Positions 47,701-56,700 of a DNA stretch of 61,959 nt are shown one piece after another. How positions within the stretch are numbered: position 1 is the first letter of the stretch; each line of letters begins with the position of its first letter. Both the position numbers and the translations under genes were made by a program. Under the pieces are notes generated by a model that did not search any database, was not told the origin of the DNA, and worked only from the letters and a program-made list of their open reading frames with translations. Source of the stretch: a virus (Duplodnaviria; Caudoviricetes); the IMG/VR virus record IMGVR_UViG_3300017716_002569, positions 1-61,959 of that record. One strand, given 5' to 3'.

Positions 47701-50700
47701 AACAAGCACCCACCCAAGAAACAAAGGATAAGCCACAGCAATTTGGCCTTGAATTAGTAAAGGAAAATCAGGCAATTGCAGCCAAAGGCATAGAAGGTAA
47801 GTTGTTCACTGACCAAGAATCAAAAGAATACCAAGAGCTAATTGAATCCAAATACAATGATACTCCTAAGTTTGGTCAAGAAAGTGAAGATATCAGGCAG
47901 AACATGTGGAACTATGACAATCCATTAGCTGAAAAAGACGTCAATGGTGTAAATGTTAGAATTGCTGAGGGCTTAATCGAAGGTGAACCATATTCAGGTA
48001 ATAGGAGAAAAACCTATTTATTATATGCTGATGGCAAGGTTGTGGGCAAATTTTACTCAAAACAAGATGCCAAAGACGTTGTAAAAATAATTGAAAGTAA
48101 TTTAGTAAAACAAATAGGACAAGATGAAACCGACACCACAGGAGAAAGCAGAAGTACAGAAACTATTATCGCAGAAAGCGAAGCTATTGAAGCAGAAGCA
48201 GCGGATCATAAACCAGGACAAAGCTCAAAATCAATCCTCCAAAAACTAGAGGACCAGATAAACAGCATTAATGCCAAGGTAGTAAAGCTCACAGAGACTT
48301 GGGATGAAGACCAGTTGCCAATGGATGAACAAGCAGGCAGACAAGCAAGCAAGGCAGCTAAGAAAGAAGTTCGCAAGTATGCTGGTGAGGTTGCTAAATT
48401 ACTTGGATGGACAGCTAGTAAAATAAATGATAATATTGCCCCTGCAGGTGGTGATGTTTCTTTTGATTTACAAATACCTGGTACTCCACTTGAAATGTAT
48501 GTTGCTTTAAAATATGACCCTGATTACAATGGTAGGTATGAAAATTATAGATTAACCGAATTTTTTTACCGAGTTGAAAATCCTACATTAAAGGGTAGAG
48601 ACAAATACGTTGGTGGTAACCAATGGTTAAAAGTACATGGAAGAGCTGAATTTTATCAAAAATCCATAACTAGCATCCCAACTCCAAAAGAGTTTGCATT
48701 GATATTGGCAAAGGAAGCGGCACCATATATTGAGAAGTTAGCTAAACAGGATCCAGAAAATACTAACATGGCACAGGCCCAAGAGGCAATAAGGAATATT
48801 GTTGATGCTGTTGGCTTACCAAAGGACAATGTTATTGTTACAGGGGTTAAGCCAACCCAAACTGATAAGGTAAAAGAAGTATTGGCTAGTTCAGACGAGG
48901 GTAAAAGCATAAAGGAAATAGCAGAAGCCACAGGAATAGTTGAGCCAAACATAAGAAGGATATTAGGTGTAGGAACCAAGGCTGGAAAGTTCGAAAGAAT
49001 TGGCTCAGGTGTTTACACCTTGAAGGGAGAGGATGGCAAGGAAGCTGCATACATTGAAGCAGGTGAAGCAAAAGAAACACTAGCTAGGTTTGCAGAAGAG
49101 GGACGTAAGTTTGACATGGTATTCCTTGACCCTGCATATTTCAGCCGTGCCTTAATCGGTGGAAACCGTGGCATAAAAGAATATTCATTCATCATGCCTC
49201 CTGATTTTGAAGAGGTAATGAATAGTATTTCCAAGATGGTTGGTAAAGACAACCATGTGTATGTTATGTTATCCGGTGCTGATACGGCACAGAAAGACAT
49301 GGTAAAATATGTTGATGGTGTTGTTAATGCTGGATTCAAGTTAATTGGAGAAGGTGGCTACCAGAAAACATTTAAGGATGGTTCTCCCGTGACAAATGTT
49401 AGGGGTGAGGTTGCGAAGCCTGAAAGATTAATGTTGTTTACCAAGTCTGGTAATGCTAGAGCAGGTGAAATTCCCGTTAACCTTAATTTCAGGTTCATAA
49501 GACCAAGCGTTAAGACTAGCTACCAAACAGAAAAGCCAAAAGAATTGTTAAGAGCTTTGATCCAACAGTCAACTTTTGAAGGTGAATCTATTTTGGACCC
49601 ATTTGCAGGTTCAGGCGTTACAGGTGAACAAGCTGTGGAAACTGGCCGCAAACCAACACTGGTAGAAAAGAATCCTGATGTTGTAGATAATATTATTGTG
49701 CCACGGGTTGAAGGTGCCATAAAAAAGGAACTAAGCAAAGTTGACCAAGAGATAGCAGACGAGTTGGAAGCATTGCGCAAGATGATGAACAACCTTGGTT
49801 CAGGTGTTAATCCTGAGCATTTGGCACAGGCCGTTAAGATTACGGGCCTATTCATCAAGAAGGGCGTGTTGAAGTTTGCTGATATTATGCAGCAAGCCAC
49901 AGAGCTTATGGGTGCTGGAATCCGTGACATATTTCCTGCTATGAAGCAAGGATATTTGGCCTACATGGGAACAGCTGAGGACATTGAAGGAATGTCTGAA
50001 ATTAAGGAAGTAAGAAATTTCGATATTGAATTAATAATTAATAAAGCAGAAAATGAGCAAGACAATTCAACCTTACCAAACGGAGATGGGAGAAATCCAT
50101 CTGAACTGGATGCTGGAATACCAGCCACAGGAGTTATTGAAGAAGTACAAGGAGGGAACTTTGAAGGAGTATTTAAACCAAATGGTCAACCAAGCGGAGA
50201 AAGTGATGGAGCAGATGGAAAAGGAGGGAAGGTTAGAGGTGGAAGGACAAGAGATAGTAAATCAGACAATCCTAGCAACGCCACAGGAGGAAACAGCGGA
50301 ACCACTACCGGAAAAGGTAGTAAAGGAAATAATGGATCACTTAGAAATGTAAACAATTTCAGGATATCAGAAAGTGATGTAATAGTTCAAAAAGGAGAAA
50401 TGGACCGAATTAAATCCAACATTTCTGCCATTAGATTAGCAAAAGCAATTACAGCCGAAAACAGACTAGCAACTGAATCTGAAAAGAAAGTGTTAGCTAA
50501 GTTTGTTGGATGGGGAGGATTGGCCACAGTGCTAGACGAATCTAAGTTTGGTAAGTACTACGAACAAGCATGGAATGATAAGTATGGTAAACTGCATGAA
50601 GAAATAAAGCAGATACTTACCCCAGAAGAGTTTAATGATGCTGTTAACTCAACTATAAATGCTCACTACACTGATAAAAGTGTTATTGAAGCTATGTGGT

Positions 50701-53700
50701 CATTAGCTGAAAAGTTTGGATTTAAAGGTGGAAATATCATGGAGCCAGGGGCAGGTATAGGTCACTTCATTGGCTTAATGCCACAGAATATTTCTGATAA
50801 CTCACTTGTAACAGCGTATGAGCTTGATAGCTTAACTGGTTTAATTCTGTCAAAACTTTATCCTGATGCTGCAACGAGGATTACCGGATATGAAAATTCT
50901 GTGGAAGCAAACAATTCACAGGACTTAATTATTGCAAATGTTCCTTTTGGTAGAACAGCACCATACGATAAGAATAATCAGGACCTTTCTAAATTCAATT
51001 TGCATAATTATTTTATTGCAAAAGGAATTAGGCAGTTAAAACCAGGAGGAATAGGAATGTTTATTACTTCCTCTTCATCTATGGATAATGCTGGTAATGG
51101 TATTAAGTTTCGTGAGTGGACACAGAATGAAGGTAACTCAGACTTTATAGGAGCTATCAGGTTGCCAAATAATGCATTTGATAAAAATGCAGGTACCCAA
51201 GTTACCACAGATATTATGATTTATCGCAAACGTGCCACAGCTCAGGCAAGCGAATTAAATCAGCCGTACAGATATGTATTGCCTTTACGCGAAGCTAAAA
51301 ACAGCGAAGGCAAACCGACCACAATTGATATAAATGAATACTATATCAACAATCCTGAAATGATGCTAGGTGAAATGTTCCTTGCCTCAGAATCTGGAAA
51401 AGGTGGTTTGTATAATGCAGATGCACAAACATTGATGGCACCTGCAGGACAAAAAACTATTGAGTTGTTAAATGAAAGGATCAAACTTTTCCCTGAAAAT
51501 ATTTTTGGAGCAGAAGCCTCAACAGTTCAGCAAGAAACTATTGCATCTTCTTTAGAAGATAAGGATGGAACAATAATAGAAAAAGATAATGCACTATACT
51601 ATGTTGAAAACGGGAAATTGGTTACTCCAACATGGACTTACCAAGATTACAAAGGAATAAACCCTGAAACTGGTGGTGGCAAAACGTATAAAAAAGGTGA
51701 GGTTGCTAAAAACTACTTAGAAATTAAAGCCGCAGTTCGCGAATTGATTAATTTAGAACAACAAAAAAATGTTGATGAAGATTTAATTGAAGAAAAAAGA
51801 ACTTTACTAAACGCTAAATATGACAAGTTTGTAAATAGGTTTGGTGAATTTTCTAGGAACAGAAAGATTGAATTTTTGGAAGATGATTCTGAGCACACAG
51901 CCGTATTTGCACTAGAAGATGTTAAGAAAAATGTGTCTTTTGATATAAATGGAAATGTGACAAGAACATTTACTATTGAAAAAAGCCCTATTTTCTTTAA
52001 GAGGGTTAATTTCCCAGTAGAAGAGCCAGCTAGTGCTGAAAACATTAGTGATGCTGTAAATATTAGTATTAGTTATAGGAATAGAATAGACATACCTTTT
52101 ATAAGCAATTTAGTTGGGCTTACCGAAAATGAAGTAAAGTCTGAATTGCTTTCAACTGGTGAGGCGTTTGAGAATCCAGATACAGGACTTTTGGAAGATA
52201 GAAACGAGTATTTATCAGGATTTGTTAGGACTAAACTTAAACAAGCTATTGCGGCCTCAGAAACCAATCCAGAGTATCAAGATAATGTAAAAGCATTAGA
52301 AGAGGTTGTACCAAAAGATATGCCAGCTCAATTGATTGAATTTAAATTAGGCTCAACTTGGTTGCCCCCACATTTTATTAAAGACTTTATAAAAGAAACT
52401 GTAGGTGTAAGCACTGTTATAGAATATAGTAAAATTTCTGGAAGATGGAATTTAAATGGTTCATCTAATACATCAGACCCAAGAAACCAGGTTACATTCG
52501 CAACCAAAGACTTTTCAGCTGTTGAGTTAATTATGAAAGCATTAAACTTAACACAGCCAGAAGTTTCTTACACAGTTAAAAACCCAGATGGATCAAAGTC
52601 CACAGTAAAAGACATTGAAAAAACAATGGAAGCTCAAGCTAAAATGCAAGAGCTTGTAGATATGTTTTACAATTACTTAAAGTCTGATAAAGAAAAAATG
52701 AAGGAGGTTGAAGTAATTTTCAATGATATTTATAGAGATTTTATTGAAAAGAAATACACTTTACCTAGTTTTCAGTATTATCCTGGTGCATCCAGAGACA
52801 TCAAGTTGAATGTTCACCAAAGAAAAGGCGTTGTAAGAGCCACTAGGGATAGCGTGTTGCTTGCTCATGAGGTTGGAACAGGTAAGACATTTACAATTAT
52901 TACCACTGCTATGGAGTGGAGAAGACTAGGCATTGCTAAAAAGCCAATGATAGTTGTTCAAAATGCCACTTTAGAGCAGTTTGCCAGAGACTTTAAGAAG
53001 CTATACCCATCAGCTAATATACTTTATCCAACTAAAAAAGAAATGGAAGCTAAGTATAGGCAAACACTTTTTAACAAAATTGCTTATGGCGATTGGGATT
53101 CAGTAATTATACCACAGTCATTTCTTGATTTTATACCTGATGATGAAGCTAGAGAAAGGGCGTATCTTCAAGAACAAATCGATGAAGTGGAAGAAGCTCT
53201 TAATGATGCTATAGATTCTCAAGATAGAGGTGCTATGTCTGAATTAAAGAGAATTGCCAAGTCTTTGGATGAAAAGATGGAAGAAATAGGCAAACCAAAA
53301 AGGAAGGTAAAGGATAAAGCCAAAGCTAACCTATCAGCAACAAAAACATTTTTGCGCCAAGCAGATAGAAGAAAAGATGATGTATTGAATTTTGAGCAAA
53401 TGGGTATTGATGCCTTAGTTGTGGATGAAGCTCACAATTATAAAAAGCTAGGTTTTGTATCTAAAATGAGCCGTATAAAAGGTATTGACGTTGGAAGATC
53501 AAAACGTGCCTTTGGTTTATTTATGAAAGTAAGGTGGATTCAAGAAAAAAATAATGGCCGTAACATTGTATTTGCCACAGGTACACCTATAACAAATACA
53601 ATGGCTGAAGCGTGGACCATGATGAAGTTTGTGGCTCCAGAGATTATTGAAAAGTATAACATAAGGACATTTGACGAGTTCGCTAGTACATTTGGAGTTG

Positions 53701-56700
53701 TTGAACCTTCATTAGAGTTTGGTCCTACTGGAAAGTTTAAAGTAGTTGAGAGGTTTAAATCATATATGAACGCCCCTGAATTGCTAACAGCATTTAGAAG
53801 TAAGACCGATGTGGTTTTAACAGAGGATATCCCAGAGTTTAAAGAAAGCAATTCTATTCCAAAGTTAAAAATACAACCTGATGGTAAAGCTGGTTATACT
53901 ACAATATACCTTGACCAAACAGACCAATTGAAATCAACAATGGGTGTTTTCAAAAAAACACTTGAAGATTGGGAAAAGCTAACCGGAAAAGAAAAAAGAA
54001 AACTGAGCTATTTGCCTTTGTTGATTTTTAATAGGGCAAAGCAAGCTGCAATTGATTTAAGATTAATTGACCCTGCCGCAGCTGATGATCCAGGTTCAAA
54101 AACAAATGCTGTTGTAAAAGAAGTTAAGCGTATTTATGATGCTACAAGCGATTATAAAGGAACTCAACTTGTTTTTTCTGATATGTACCAAAGTCCAGAG
54201 GCTAAGGAAAAGTTCTTAGATGAAGATGGAACTATACCTAATCCAGCATACGGACTACCAAGATTTAATCTTTATAATGAAATTAAAGATAAATTAGTAA
54301 AATTAGGTATTCCAGAAAATGAAATAGCTGTAGTAAACGATTATGAGGGAGACAAAAAGACCTATATTTTTGACCAAGTTAAAGCTGGTAATATTAGGGT
54401 TTTACTAGGAAGTACTGAGCGTATGGGTGTTGGGGTGAATGTTCAAGATAAACTTGCTGCATTGCACCATATTGATGCTCCACCTAGACCTATGGACTTT
54501 GCACAAAGAAATGGCCGTATATTAAGGCAGGGTAACTCTCATGCTGAAATGGGTAAACCTGTGGAAATTTTAACCTATGGAGTTAAAAAAACATTAGATG
54601 CCACAGCTTACCAAAGACTTCAATTCAAGCAAAAATTCATTAACCAAATGATGAAAGCCGAGGGAGTTGATAGAATTATGGCAGATGAAGCAGACGAGGA
54701 CAATCCATCTGATATGGCTTTCTCTCAAATGATGTCAACACTATCTGGTTCACAATATGCTATTTTGCACACTCAAAGAATGTATGAGCTTCGTAAGTTA
54801 AGAACAGCCAAGTCTAACTATGAAAGAAGATTGGTTGAATTAAACGACACCATAAAAAATAGCGAAAAAATCATTGATAGCTTAGAAATACAGAAAGCTA
54901 ATTATGTTCCTTTCATAGAAGAAATAAACAAGTATTTTCCAGAAGGTAAAGTAACTAGCGTAACTGTAAACGAAGTTACTGTTTCAGAAAATATGGGTGA
55001 TGCTGTTGAATCTGTAGTTGATAAGATAAAAACCAAACTTAAAGTTTCTCCTTCAGGAACAAATGTTGAAGATCAAATTGAAGTAAATGGTAGGCCATTG
55101 GTAATATATGGAACATTATATGTGGCTATGAATGGTATTCCAACTGCATATATTAAATATACCATGGGTGGTGAAAACACCAGCTCTCAGTTTTCTGGGG
55201 AAGTTAATTCTGGTGTAGGTTTAATGATGTCAATAGGAAGCAAAGTTAAAGCAGCCACAGACAAAGAGCGAGTAAAAGAAGAGGTAGAATCATTTGATAG
55301 AAGAATTACTAGGGCAAAAGATACAATCACAGCTTCGCAAGAATTGTTAGTAAAACCATTTGAAAAAGCGGATGAATTAGTTAGAAAAGAAGCTGAGGTA
55401 ATAGACCTAGAGGAAAAAATGAAAAATGAATCCTCAGAAGAAGAAACTACTGGCGGTGGTGAAGTAAAAGAAGAAGAGGTGCCACAGCCAAAAGGACTAG
55501 CTGACCGAGGCATAAGCGCATTGGAGCGCATGAAGATTAACACCAATAATAATATGTTTGGTATGCTTCCTCCATTTGCTCTTGCAATACCTATATGGAA
55601 TACCACAGTGAGCTTAATGCAAGATGCTATTCGCGCTGGTAAACTAGCTTATGATGTTATTAATACCGGATTAGAATATATCCGCAACCAAGGGGTTGCA
55701 TTTCCTTACGAGGCTGAGTTTACTGAATACTTTCAGTCAATACTTATTGGCCCTCCTAATGGAGACCCATACACCACAGAGGATATTGAAAACGAAAAAC
55801 AAGCTGTGGCAGCACAGTTAAAGGACAAGTACACCGACATTGAAAAAACCATATTTGGAACAGCCACAAGCAAAGATTCTGATATGGAAGATATGCAGAC
55901 CATGGCATCTGGCATGCTTGGACTTATTAACAGGGCACAGGATGCAACCTTGGTTAATGCTAAAAACTACATGGGAGATAAATTGGCTAACCTTTACGCA
56001 AAGAAAGCTATTAGTGATAAGAAGCTAGTTCGAAACATTGCAGGTTCGTTGAATGGGTTGTTTGCCAACCTAAGTAAAACTGTGGACCAGCAAATTAGGG
56101 GTGAGGCTTACGCAGGAGATATCCAAAGGGCTATTTCAGATGCAAACCAAATTAGCAAGTGGTTGAGAGCTGCAATTGGAAACAGCGCAGAAAGTCTCCA
56201 CAGAATAGACCAAGTTTTAGACCCTGAGTTCTATAATAAATTGAGCTTGGAAAGATTTAAGTCTTATTTGAAGGATGAAATAGGCGAAGAGGATTACAAT
56301 GCCATCCCAGAAGAGCAATTTCCTGATTGGTACGCACAATACTTATTAGATATTGGCTACAATGAAGGGTACAAACCTGTGACATTGGATGAACTTACAC
56401 CTGCAGAACTTGAAGTTTACACAGTGCTTAGGAATATCAATAACTATTTGCATGACCTGAATTTCTTGAATGGCAAGGTTACATACTCAACCTACATGAA
56501 AAATAAAGGTAAGTATGTTGCTAGGTTGTATTCGAAGTTTGAATTGCCACAGGATGCAAATGATATGATCACCAACCAGAATAGGGAGCATACTAATATG
56601 TTCCTTAAGAGGGGTGAGATTACAGAGTGGAAAGTATCAAACAGATTAAGTGACCCAATTTACGCAACTACCAAAAGATTGTATCAGTCATTAATGAATA

